Source of the DNA: an uncultured Gammaproteobacteria bacterium
Lineage (GTDB): Bacteria > Patescibacteriota > Patescibacteriia > UBA9934 > GWF2-40-263
Assembly: GCA_964373615.1 (NCBI GenBank)
Contig: CAYJVP010000001.1
Span: forward strand, 1-27,914
Direction: 5' to 3'
Length of the DNA: 27,914 nucleotides
Shown here: positions 8,946 to 17,531 of the stretch, piece after piece
Numbering within the stretch: the stretch's first letter is position 1
Layout: each line of letters starts with the position of its first letter
Notes under the pieces: generated by a model
Told to the model about the DNA's origin: nothing
Seen by the model: only the letters and a program-made list of their open reading frames with translations
The model's database searches: none
Made by a program: the position numbers and the translations under genes

Positions 8946-9350
8946 TCACCGTTTCGACCACTGCGGTGAACGGCGCGCCTTCTTTTTCCCGTATTTCTTG
9001 CGTTCCTTTACACGTGCGTCCCGACTGAGGTACCCAAGTTTTTTGAGCACGGGTCTCACATCTTGATTGTACACACAGAGCGCCCGCGCAATGGCCAAAC
9101 GGATTCCTTCTGCCTGTCCGCGGATACCGCCTCCCGTTACTTTCACACTGACATCGAACGTTCCTTCCATGCCGCTTGCGACAAACGGCGCCTGAATAGC
9201 CTGTTGCCATTCGGCATGTGGAAAGTAATCCTTGACATCGCGGCCGTTTACGGTGATTTTCCCAGGCCCATGCGTCAAGCGCACTTGCGCCACGGCCTCT
9301 TTACGGCGGCCGATAGCTCGCGTGTACGTTTCCGTTGTTTTCAGAGTCAT
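8946..9350 (-). CDS. rpsI: 30S ribosomal protein S9
   Basis: GRRKEAVAQV, GGGIRGQA, ERKKYG...PQWSKR. Confidence 0.99.
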   Translation of the reverse strand: MTLKTTETYTRAIGRRKEAVAQVRLTHGPGKITVNGRDVKDYFPHAEWQQAIQAPFVASGMEGTFDVSVKVTGGGIRGQAEGIRLAIARALCVYNQDVRPVLKKLGYLSRDARVKERKKYGKKKARRSPQWSKR

Positions 9351-9351
9351 A

Positions 9352-9717
9352 CTAAGCTTCGTTGAACTTCAAACGTTTGAGCCGTGCCGTGCGAAGCCGA
9401 TTTTTTGGCAACATACGCGAAACCGCGTGGCGCAGAACTTCGGTTGGTTTTTCTTTGAACACGCGCTTTACCGGCGTTCGTTTCAATCCTCCCTGATACC
9501 CGGTATGGTGCTTACATTCGGCTTGCTCAAGCTTCTTTCCTGAAAAATGCATGCGTCCCACGTTGACAACCTCAACACAATCGCCCATATCCACATTCGG
9601 AACATAGGTCGGTTTGTGCTTTCCGATCAACAGTCGACTGATCTCGCTTGCCAGACGCCCCGGTGGTTTGCCTGCGGCATCGATCGTATGCGTTTCTCGC
9701 TGCCATTTCACGGTCAT
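9352..9717 (-). CDS. rplM: 50S ribosomal protein L13 (short, 121 aa)
   Basis: IDAAGKPPGRLAS, GKHKPTY, HHTGYQGG, MLPKNRL. Start moved to ATG 9717, just after the rplQ stop. Confidence 0.97.
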   Translation of the reverse strand: MTVKWQRETHTIDAAGKPPGRLASEISRLLIGKHKPTYVPNVDMGDCVEVVNVGRMHFSGKKLEQAECKHHTGYQGGLKRTPVKRVFKEKPTEVLRHAVSRMLPKNRLRTARLKRLKFNEA

Positions 9718-9718
9718 A

Positions 9719-10069
9719 TCAAACAAGTTCAATGTGAACCATTTCAGCCGCGTCTTGTCCGCGCCGGCCAGTTTTCGTGAGGCGCGTATACCCACCGTGC
9801 CGATCTTTATAACGCGGTCCGAGCACCTCCAAAAGCTTTTTCACGGGCAGTTCCGTGTCAAACGTTGCGAGCAATCGACGTCTGACAGAAAGCGTCGGGG
9901 TCTTGCTTGACGTAATCGATCGTTCGACAAGTGAACGGACCGCCCTTGCCTTCGCCTGTGTTGTCTTAACTTTTTCGTACAAAATAACACTTGCCGCTAA
10001 CCCACGCAGGAGGGCGACACGCGGCGCCTTCTTTCGATCGAGAATTTTATTCTTGTTGCGATGTCGCAT
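9719..10069 (-). CDS. rplQ: 50S ribosomal protein L17
   Basis: MRHRNKNK, KTTQAKA, RHGGYTR. Confidence 0.98.
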   Translation of the reverse strand: MRHRNKNKILDRKKAPRVALLRGLAASVILYEKVKTTQAKARAVRSLVERSITSSKTPTLSVRRRLLATFDTELPVKKLLEVLGPRYKDRHGGYTRLTKTGRRGQDAAEMVHIELV

Positions 10070-10075
10070 ACGCCC

Positions 10076-10810
10076 CTACTCCAGAGAAGCTTCTGTGTTT
10101 TCAGCGACCGCGTCGACCGCTCCGGAAGTTCCGGTAAGAAGATGGAAGTGGTCGATGAGAATTTTTGCCGATTGTCTGACCGCTTCTTCTGGATCAATGG
10201 TGCCATCTGTTTCGATCGTCATGACAAGTTTATCGAGGTTGGTGATGTCTCCGACCCGGGTATTTTCTACGCGATATCCGACATTTCGAATAGGGGAGAA
10301 CAGAGCGTCGATGGCGATCATCCCAATTTCATTCACCTCGTTTTTGCGCTCTTCCGTGGCTGAATATCCACGCCCATGCTCGATAACAACCTCAAGCTCA
10401 AACTCGCCTTTCGCCTCTGTGACGGTGGCAAGAGGAAGGTTCGGGTTCATGATTTCAACATCCGCATTCGGTTCAAAATCTCCCGCTGTCACGACCCCCT
10501 CACCCCTCTTGCGCAACTGAAGTTTAATCGGTTGGTCGCTATGAAGCCGCAGGCGCAACGATTTTATATTAAGAATCACCTGTAACACATCTTCCTTTAC
10601 CTGCGGGATCGCTTGAAATTCGTGCGTGGCTCCTTTGATTTTGACGGCCGTCACCGCCGCACCCGGCAGGGTCGATAACAGGACGCGGCGCAGGGCGTTT
10701 CCAAGCGTGGTTCCGTAGCCCCAGTAACAAGGCTCCACGGAAAGAACGGCCGTGTTCGGTTGCTCGCCTGGTTCAAGCGAGATGTGCGTTGGAAGATGGA
10801 TGTTTTCCAT
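10076..10810 (-). CDS. rpoA: RNA polymerase alpha subunit, NTD only (244 aa)
   Basis: GYGTTLGNALRRVLLS, VKEDV, GRGY, IDALFSPI, YRVENTRVG, TDGTIDP; lies between rpsD and rplQ. Confidence 0.97.
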   Translation of the reverse strand: MENIHLPTHISLEPGEQPNTAVLSVEPCYWGYGTTLGNALRRVLLSTLPGAAVTAVKIKGATHEFQAIPQVKEDVLQVILNIKSLRLRLHSDQPIKLQLRKRGEGVVTAGDFEPNADVEIMNPNLPLATVTEAKGEFELEVVIEHGRGYSATEERKNEVNEIGMIAIDALFSPIRNVGYRVENTRVGDITNLDKLVMTIETDGTIDPEEAVRQSAKILIDHFHLLTGTSGAVDAVAENTEASLE

Positions 10811-10840
10811 ACATTTGGGCGAAGTGAGGAATTGTTCCCA

Positions 10841-11455
10841 TTAACGTGAGTACAACTCAACGATGAGTGTCGGATCAAAAACCGTTTCAAGGTCTTCCCC
10901 CTCTGCGGCGCTGACCACCTTTCCTGTTTGGGCCGCGGCATCCAGATGAAGCCATGTCGGGGGCTGGGCTCCACTCAGGCGTTCAGACATATTTTTTACG
11001 AGCGTCTTCTCCGTTTTTGTTGCGTGAATGGCTATCTCGTCCCCAACGCTCACGAGCGCAGACGGGATGTTGAGCGTCTTTCCGTTGACCGTAACGAATC
11101 CGTGCGAAACCATCTGGCGGGCCTGACGACGCGTGACCGCAAACCCGAGGCGGTAGACGACATTGTCGAGACGTCTTTCCAAAATTTGCACGAGAAATGT
11201 GGCGGTGTTCCCACGTTTTCTTCGGGCCATCTCAAAATAGTTACGAAACTGGCGTTCCATGATGTTATATAAACGTTTGGCTTTCTGCTTTTCACGAAGT
11301 TGCTTGCCGTAACCTGAAAGTCTGGACGTTCGCGCCGTGGGGCCGTGAACACCCGGCGGGTATGGCCGGCGTTTGACGGCACATTTTTCACGACCACAAA
11401 GGCTCACCCCCTCCCGGCGGCACATTTTGCAGGTGGACATGAGCGTTTTCCCCAT
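10841..11455 (-). CDS. rpsD: 30S ribosomal protein S4 (Cys-containing, Zn-type N-terminus)
   Basis: CKMCRREG...EKC, PPGVHG, YGKQLREKQK, LERRLDNVVYRLG. Confidence 0.99.
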   Translation of the reverse strand: MGKTLMSTCKMCRREGVSLCGREKCAVKRRPYPPGVHGPTARTSRLSGYGKQLREKQKAKRLYNIMERQFRNYFEMARRKRGNTATFLVQILERRLDNVVYRLGFAVTRRQARQMVSHGFVTVNGKTLNIPSALVSVGDEIAIHATKTEKTLVKNMSERLSGAQPPTWLHLDAAAQTGKVVSAAEGEDLETVFDPTLIVELYSR

Positions 11456-11464
11456 ACGAAGTGG

Positions 11465-11917
11465 TTACACGCGTCGCGCGCGCGGAGCGCGACAGCCATT
11501 GTGTGGAAGAGGCGTGGTATCTTTGATCGTCAGCACGGAAAACCCATTTGCATTCAAGGCACGGACCGCTGAGTCTCGTCCTGAACCAACACCCGTTACG
11601 TATACATTGAGGTCACGCATCCCGTACGGCTCAAGTTTTTCCGCAACCACTTTTATCATAACGCTTGACGCATACGGCGTGGCCTTTTTTGGTCCACGAA
11701 ATCCGCAGTGTCCCGCGCTTGCCCAGGCCAAGGTGTTTCCGTTCAAATCCGTCACGGTGATGATCGTGTTGTTATACGTTGCCTGGATGTAAGCGCGTCC
11801 ATGAGGAATCTGCCGAGTCGTCTTTTTGCTCGCGGATGCGCGTGTCGGGCGCTCCTTTCCCGCCTTCGTGCTTGTGGTCGTAGCTTCCGAACCGCCGGCC
11901 TTGGATTCTTCTGCCAT
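11465..11917 (-). CDS. rpsK: 30S ribosomal protein S11 with an N-terminal extension
   Basis: YNNTIITVTD, KKATPYA, GVGSGR, PHNGCR. Confidence 0.99.
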   Translation of the reverse strand: MAEESKAGGSEATTTSTKAGKERPTRASASKKTTRQIPHGRAYIQATYNNTIITVTDLNGNTLAWASAGHCGFRGPKKATPYASSVMIKVVAEKLEPYGMRDLNVYVTGVGSGRDSAVRALNANGFSVLTIKDTTPLPHNGCRAPRARRV

Positions 11918-11920
11918 AGA

Positions 11921-12307
11921 TTACGTCTTTGTCAGCACGCGACGGCCGCTGCCGGTTGTTTTACGCACATTTCCGCGGACCGTTCGCGAATTCGTTTTCG
12001 TACGCTGACCGCGCGCCGGAAGATGCTTAATGTGGCGCGTCCCTCGATAGCAACCAATTTCTTTTAAACGCTTAAGGTTCCCGAGCACTTCGCGGCGAAG
12101 GTCGCCTTCCACGCGATGGTTTTTCTCAATCAACTCACGAATTTTTGTCACCTGATCTTCCGACAGGTCCTTCGCACGAATGTTCTCATCCACCCCAGCC
12201 GTTTTTAACACGCGGGTGGCGGTTGGGCGACCGACGCCATAAACATACGTCAGGGCAATGACGACGCGTTTATCATTTGGAAGAGTGACACCGGCGATAC
12301 GAGCCAT
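11921..12307 (-). CDS. rpsM: 30S ribosomal protein S13
   Basis: [21 protein letters not shown]. Confidence 0.99.
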   Translation of the reverse strand: MARIAGVTLPNDKRVVIALTYVYGVGRPTATRVLKTAGVDENIRAKDLSEDQVTKIRELIEKNHRVEGDLRREVLGNLKRLKEIGCYRGTRHIKHLPARGQRTKTNSRTVRGNVRKTTGSGRRVLTKT

Positions 12308-12325
12308 ACACGAAACCTGACAGGA

Positions 12326-12439
12326 CTATCCCTGCCGCTGTTTGTGGCGAGGATTTTTACAGACGATCACGACGCGCCCCTTGCGGCGAACGACACGACA
12401 ATCGCGACAAATTTTTTTGACCGAGGCGCGGACCTTCAT
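12326..12439 (-). CDS. rpmJ: 50S ribosomal protein L36 (not in the supplied ORF track)
   Basis: Manual translation [37 protein letters not shown]; CxxC...C...H Zn ribbon; lies between infA and rpsM. Confidence 0.98.
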   Translation of the reverse strand: MKVRASVKKICRDCRVVRRKGRVVIVCKNPRHKQRQG

Positions 12440-12482
12440 AAAAAATGCACAAACGTCACCGAACAGACATTCGATGACGCCT

Positions 12483-12707
12483 TTAAAATCGATAAACGAC
12501 TCGTCCCTTTGTCAAGTCGTATGGGCTCAATTCAACCTTCACTTCATCTCCAGGCAGAAGGCGGATGCGGTGCATGCGCATCTTTCCTGACAGGTGCCCG
12601 ATAATCGTCTGTCCATTTTCCAGCTTGATTTTGAATTTTGCGCCGGGGAGGAGTTCTTCAACCTCGCCGCGGACCTCAATATAGTCTTTCGAGCCCTGGT
12701 CTGGCAT
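12483..12707 (-). CDS. infA: Translation initiation factor IF-1
   Basis: [37 protein letters not shown]. Confidence 0.99.
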   Translation of the reverse strand: MPDQGSKDYIEVRGEVEELLPGAKFKIKLENGQTIIGHLSGKMRMHRIRLLPGDEVKVELSPYDLTKGRVVYRF

Positions 12708-12755
12708 AACAAGTGCGGAAATACTATCAGCTCAGCCAAAAAATTACAAGGCGCG

Positions 12756-12764
12756 TGTGGATAA
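12756..12764 (-). promoter_or_regulatory. Perfect DnaA-box match (TTATCCACA) in the infA leader
   Basis: Plus strand tgtggataa at 12756-12764; matches consensus TT(A/T)TNCACA. Function not shown. Confidence 0.5.
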
Positions 12765-12777
12765 TTGAAGCGCCGCT

Positions 12778-12806
12778 ATTGTACGTGTGAGGTTTTTTCC
12801 TGTCAA
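12778..12806 (-). promoter_or_regulatory. Near-consensus sigma70 promoter of the infA-rpsI operon
   Basis: Minus strand TTGACA-17 nt-TACAAT in the alaS/infA intergenic region. Confidence 0.8.
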
Positions 12807-12846
12807 GACAATACGTGGACAAACGATTTTTTGGCAAGGTTAAGCT

Positions 12847-14661
12847 TTAACGAGCCTCTGGGTGACTCGTAAGCGTTGCCTTAATTCTGCGCACACCGGA
12901 GGCCACCGCTTCTTCCTTTATAATGGAAAAAAAGCCAAGCTCCCCCGTGCGTTCGACATGAGGTCCGCCGCAGACTTCTTTGCTCTCGTATGCGCCGGTT
13001 GCCTGGTCACCAATAAAGTACACTTTTATCTTGCCGCCAAGCTGCGCGTACGTGTCCTCGAATACGCCGATGGCCCCGCGTTTCTTTGCGTCCTCGAGGT
13101 CCAGGATTTCAAAATGGACGGGAAGATTTTTCCGAATGTTTTCGTTCACGATACCCTCAACGCGCTTGATCTGATCCGCGGTCATCTTTTCCGGATGAGA
13201 GAAGTCAAACCGGAGTCGTTCCTTTGTGATGTTCGACCCTCGCTGGAATACGTGATCGCCGAGAACCGTACGCAGGGCTTGGTGAAGCATGTGGGTAGCC
13301 GTATGGAGACGAGTCGACTCCACGGAGTGGTCCGCAAGCCCGCCGGCAAACTTTTGCTCGGCTCCGGCGCGTGAGAGGCCCTGATGTTTTTTGAATTCGG
13401 CGGCAAACGCTTCGCGGTCAACGCTCTGACCGTTGTCCCGAGCGAGTTCCTCGGTGAATTCAAGGGGGAATCCGTATGTTGAGTAGAGCACGAAGGCGTC
13501 TTCCCCGCTCACCTTTCCACTCATCGAAAATATTTTTTCAAATTCTTTGAGACCTTTTTCAATCGTTCGACCAAATTTTTCTTCCTCACGCTTGAGTTCC
13601 TCCACGATGCGCGGATGGTTCACCTCGAGTTCCGGGTACACATCCCGCATCGTGTGGACGACAACATCCGCCACATTCACCACGAACATCCCCTGAATGC
13701 CAAGCTGGCGGCCGTGGCGAATCGCGCGCCGAATCAGCCGTCGGAGCACGTACCCCTGGTCAACGTTTGATGGTACGACCCCACGCTCGTCTCCAAGAAT
13801 GAACACGGCCGCGCGCAGGTGGTCTGAAATGATGCGCATGGAACGCATCGTGGAAGCATCTTGTGAGGAAGGAAGGCCGGAAACTTGCTCGATTTTTTTC
13901 ATGATCGGCTGGAGGAGATCCGTCTCGTACACGTTATCAAACCCACCGAGAACCGTGAGCGAGCGCTCCAAACCCATTCCCGTGTCTACATTTTTTTTCG
14001 CAAGAGGTTTCAGGGCGCCATCGGCCTCCTTGTTGAACTGCATGAAGACGTTGTTCCAAATTTCAACCCACTGTTTGTCCATTGGGTCAAACGTTTCCGG
14101 CGCCGGAGTCCCGCCCACCCAATAGAAAATCTCCGTGTCCGGTCCCTGCGGACCCGGATACTTGCCGCCGGCCGGCCACCAGTTGTCTTCCACACCAAGA
14201 AAGGCAATGCGTCCCTTCCCAATGCCGATCGAGAGCCAGATATTTGCCGACTCCTCATCGCGAGGAGCCGCGTCGTTCCCAGCGAATACCGTGACCGCCA
14301 GGCGATGCGGGTCAATATTGAGCCACGCAGGACTTGTCAAGAATTCCCAACTCCACATGATGGCTTCGGTTTTGAAGTAGTCGCCGAGCGACCAATTGCC
14401 AAGCATTTCAAAAAAGGTGAGGTGCGTGTTGTCCCCAACATCCTCGATATCGCCGGTGCGAATACATTTCTGCGCGTCCGCAAGCCGATTTCCGGAGGGA
14501 TGCGGTTCGCCGAGAAGGTATGGCACGAGCGGATGCATGCCGGCCGTGGTAAACAAAACGGTCGGATCATTTTCAGGAATAAGAGACGCTGATGGAATGA
14601 TCTCGTGGCCTTTCTGTTTGAAAAATTCTAGAAATTTTGTGCGTAATTCATAGGAAGTCAT
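12847..14661 (-). CDS. alaS: Alanine--tRNA ligase, short form (604 aa) without C-Ala
   Basis: DPTVLFTTAGM, QKCIR, FEMLGNWS, VDTGMGLER, editing HTATH...CGGPH. Start moved to ATG 14661 (MTSYELR). Confidence 0.97.
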   Translation of the reverse strand: MTSYELRTKFLEFFKQKGHEIIPSASLIPENDPTVLFTTAGMHPLVPYLLGEPHPSGNRLADAQKCIRTGDIEDVGDNTHLTFFEMLGNWSLGDYFKTEAIMWSWEFLTSPAWLNIDPHRLAVTVFAGNDAAPRDEESANIWLSIGIGKGRIAFLGVEDNWWPAGGKYPGPQGPDTEIFYWVGGTPAPETFDPMDKQWVEIWNNVFMQFNKEADGALKPLAKKNVDTGMGLERSLTVLGGFDNVYETDLLQPIMKKIEQVSGLPSSQDASTMRSMRIISDHLRAAVFILGDERGVVPSNVDQGYVLRRLIRRAIRHGRQLGIQGMFVVNVADVVVHTMRDVYPELEVNHPRIVEELKREEEKFGRTIEKGLKEFEKIFSMSGKVSGEDAFVLYSTYGFPLEFTEELARDNGQSVDREAFAAEFKKHQGLSRAGAEQKFAGGLADHSVESTRLHTATHMLHQALRTVLGDHVFQRGSNITKERLRFDFSHPEKMTADQIKRVEGIVNENIRKNLPVHFEILDLEDAKKRGAIGVFEDTYAQLGGKIKVYFIGDQATGAYESKEVCGGPHVERTGELGFFSIIKEEAVASGVRRIKATLTSHPEAR

Positions 14662-14731
14662 ACATGGGGTGGTTGTGTTCTCTCTTGTATGCGGACCATC
14701 ATAACGCAATGCCTAGGTTGCGCAACTCTAT

Positions 14732-16336
14732 TTAGGGTGTCAACGTCTCTTTTGGTTGATACGTTCGGAACAACCGCCGACGAAGAGAAACAACGAAATC
14801 ATTCATTTCGGAACTGCGCATAAGCCAGGCAACCAGCGCATAGACGACAAGACCGATTCCACCAGCGACCAGCCCCTGCGTCAAAACACCCAGAAAGGTA
14901 TCAAGGGAGATGATCCGAACCACAGCCGGTTTTAAGATCTGCATGACCACCCCCGCGGCCAAACCCGCAGCGGTAAAAATGTAAAGAGACTGCAGAATGC
15001 GAAGCTCTCCCAAGCTGCCAAGACGCGTGCGCAAGGGGACCCACAGGAGGATCAGGTTGATAATGGCAGCGAGGCTGTAGGCCAAGGCAAGACCCACCAC
15101 ACCAGCCTCGCGGGAGAAGTAAAGGCTGCCGAGTAAACTGACAAGCGCGCTGACCAACCCCGCCGCAAGCGGAGTGATGGTGTCTCGAAGCGCAAAAAAA
15201 GCGCGGGCGAGCAGAAACACAAGGCACTGCGCAAAAAAGCTCAACGTAAAGAAGGCAACCGTATTGGCCGTCACGATGGTCTCTTCCCATCCAAAGGCTC
15301 CTGCTCCGACAACGACGCGTACAATCTGCATACGGAGAATCAGAAAGAGAAGGGTGAGAGGGATGATGAGAAAAAGGACCTGGCGTATACTTCCATTCAA
15401 CGCGAGAACAAACCTCTCCCTTTCGTTACGTTCGGCATGTTCGGAGAGAACCGGAAACGCCGCAACAGCAAAGGAAACCCCAATGATTCCGATCGGCAAA
15501 AATTGGATGTTATACGCGAAATTAAACACGGTCACGCTTCCGGAGGCGAGGCCCGACGCAATAACCGTCATGATGACGACACTGATTTGTGATACGGCGA
15601 GCGCCAACACACGCGGCCCCATGAGAGAGAACATCCCTCGCGCATCTCGATCACGCAGGTCGCACCTCCATTCATATCGATAGCCGGTTTGAAGAACCCC
15701 GTACAGCTGCACCAAAAAATGGAGAAATGCTCCGAGCACCACGCCCCAGGCAAGCCCAATGGGACCGAGGAGATCGGTCAACCAGAGGGCGCCAATGATG
15801 ATGCCGATGTTGTACGCAATCGGAGCGAAGGAATACAGCATGAATCGTCGGAGTCCTTGAAGGACGCTTCCGAAGACAACGGAGACAGAAAGAATAAATT
15901 CAGAGAGCACCATCACGCGTGTAAAATCGGCAACCATTTCTTGTTTCGGGCCGAAAAAACCTGGAGCAATCAGACGTGAAAGAGGGTCCGCAAAAAGAAA
16001 AAGACCGAAAGAAAAAATGGCCATGCTGATGGCAATGAGATGGAGGGCGTTATTCGTGAGTTTCCACGCGCCGAGCTTCCCTCCCACGCGATGATAATGC
16101 TTTACAAAAAGTGGGATGAAACTTGCCGAGAGCGCTCCCACAACGAGCAAGCTGAAAAGAAGATCTGGAATCTTGAATGCGGCGTAGTATACATCAAGCG
16201 TATCGCCCGCCCCGAAGGTGCCGGCAAGAATGCGGTCGCGGATGAATCCGACAACGCGGCTCACAAGCGAAAGAACGCCGACCAGCATGGCGGCGCCTGC
16301 AATGGTTTTTGTTTCATTATTCAAGATCTGAAACAT
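14732..16336 (-). CDS. murJ: Lipid II flippase MurJ (MviN)
   Basis: SRVVGFIRD, FGAGDTLDVY, AFKIPD, LPIGIIG, RAFFA, many TMs. Start moved to ATG 16336. Confidence 0.95.
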   Translation of the reverse strand: MFQILNNETKTIAGAAMLVGVLSLVSRVVGFIRDRILAGTFGAGDTLDVYYAAFKIPDLLFSLLVVGALSASFIPLFVKHYHRVGGKLGAWKLTNNALHLIAISMAIFSFGLFLFADPLSRLIAPGFFGPKQEMVADFTRVMVLSEFILSVSVVFGSVLQGLRRFMLYSFAPIAYNIGIIIGALWLTDLLGPIGLAWGVVLGAFLHFLVQLYGVLQTGYRYEWRCDLRDRDARGMFSLMGPRVLALAVSQISVVIMTVIASGLASGSVTVFNFAYNIQFLPIGIIGVSFAVAAFPVLSEHAERNERERFVLALNGSIRQVLFLIIPLTLLFLILRMQIVRVVVGAGAFGWEETIVTANTVAFFTLSFFAQCLVFLLARAFFALRDTITPLAAGLVSALVSLLGSLYFSREAGVVGLALAYSLAAIINLILLWVPLRTRLGSLGELRILQSLYIFTAAGLAAGVVMQILKPAVVRIISLDTFLGVLTQGLVAGGIGLVVYALVAWLMRSSEMNDFVVSLRRRLFRTYQPKETLTP

Positions 16337-17456
16337 GTGGCGAGGATTCGACCCTTGGCGCGGTCCGACCGATCCGATACCAGACCACAAAAGCGAGAAG
16401 AAGGACAAGGAAAAGGATGCCAATAAGCATCTGAATAAGACGATTTCCAATCGTAAAAAACGGCACGTTGATCGTCGTTGCGTCCATGGCAGTGTTTCCC
16501 GTGGGATCTGTCACACGCACCGAAACGTAAAAATCTCTATATTCCCGAAAGGTATGTTCCACCTCAAAACGTGTAGAGGTCACGCCATCCCCAAAATCCC
16601 ATTCAACTCGGTACCCTTCGACATCTGGAACCTGTGCGCGAAAGAGGAAGGTGTTCCATCTCTCACGCTCATACGTAAACACCGCCTGAGGAGAGGTGAA
16701 CACAGCAGCTTCTGTTGTGTCTTGTTCTTCCTCCGAGGCCTCTGGAGCGCTCCCAGCTGTTGGTTCCGTTGGTTCCGACAACGCAAAGCTCTCCGTTAAA
16801 ACGGACGACGTCGTGGATGTTGGCTCAACCGGTGGCTCACCCACCTGTGTTGGATACAGGTCATCCGCATCGGCTTGTCCATCGGCGTCGGAATCAGGAT
16901 TCTGAGGATCGGTCCCGATCTCCGCCTCAACGTCGTCGCTCACCGTGTCGTCATCGTCATCTTCGTCGCAGGCGTCTCCTTTTCCATCACCGTCTGTATC
17001 TTTCTGATCAGCGTTTTCTTCGTCAACGCAATTGTCGTTATCATTTAAAACACCGTCCCGATCATCATCAAAGAGGGGTGTGATGAGCGCCGTCATCGCC
17101 TCATCGTTCTCTGCATTCTCATCCTGTGGGTCCGTTCCGCGGATCTCGGCGCGGATGTTGAAGCTTCCTGATGGTACGGTGAAATCAACAAAGACTTCCT
17201 CCGCCGCGCCATCCGAACGCACGGAGATCACTTGAGAGTCGCCAACGGGAATACTCCCCTGGGAAAAAGAAACATACCCGGCAACGTCTGTGTCGCCAAG
17301 GTTGTGCACGGCCGCGTAAATACGAACACGATCTCCGGCAATGAGTGTTTCTTTTGAAAACGAGATGTCCGATGTCTCAATCGCCAAATCCACCGTGGCA
17401 GCTGCAACCTGCCAGGGAATGAGGCAGCCCAAAAGGACCAAGAGAAAACGACGCAT
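16317..17456 (-). CDS. Secreted, C-terminally anchored surface protein: CARDB/Ig-like domain, thrombospondin type-3-like repeats, PKD domain
   Basis: Signal peptide MRRFLLVLLG...AAA; VHNLG CARDB-like motif; DNDNCVDEENADQKDTDGDGKGDACD; P/T/E linker; WDFGDG...HTF PKD motif; TM followed by basic residues. Confidence 0.8.
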   Translation of the reverse strand: MRRFLLVLLGCLIPWQVAAATVDLAIETSDISFSKETLIAGDRVRIYAAVHNLGDTDVAGYVSFSQGSIPVGDSQVISVRSDGAAEEVFVDFTVPSGSFNIRAEIRGTDPQDENAENDEAMTALITPLFDDDRDGVLNDNDNCVDEENADQKDTDGDGKGDACDEDDDDDTVSDDVEAEIGTDPQNPDSDADGQADADDLYPTQVGEPPVEPTSTTSSVLTESFALSEPTEPTAGSAPEASEEEQDTTEAAVFTSPQAVFTYERERWNTFLFRAQVPDVEGYRVEWDFGDGVTSTRFEVEHTFREYRDFYVSVRVTDPTGNTAMDATTINVPFFTIGNRLIQMLIGILFLVLLLAFVVWYRIGRTAPRVESSPHVSDLE

Positions 17457-17531
17457 ATCAGCCTCATGATACACGAAAGAGATCGACGATGCGAGCTGAA
17501 CTTTTGTTGTGGCGTAGATGGAAGAAGGAGT

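Noticed and set aside
8946-8948. Alternative genetic code 25 (TGA=Gly), as in some CPR lineages
   Set aside because: TGA ends S9 exactly at its conserved QWSKR C-terminus, and the long genes read through without internal TGA.
12720-12846. Replication origin at the DnaA box
   Set aside because: Only one perfect and one weak box in about 130 bp, no AT-rich unwinding element, and no dnaA/dnaN nearby.
16860-17070. tcgtca/tcatca-rich stretch as a DNA tandem repeat
   Set aside because: It simply reflects Asp-rich codons of the TSP3-like repeats.
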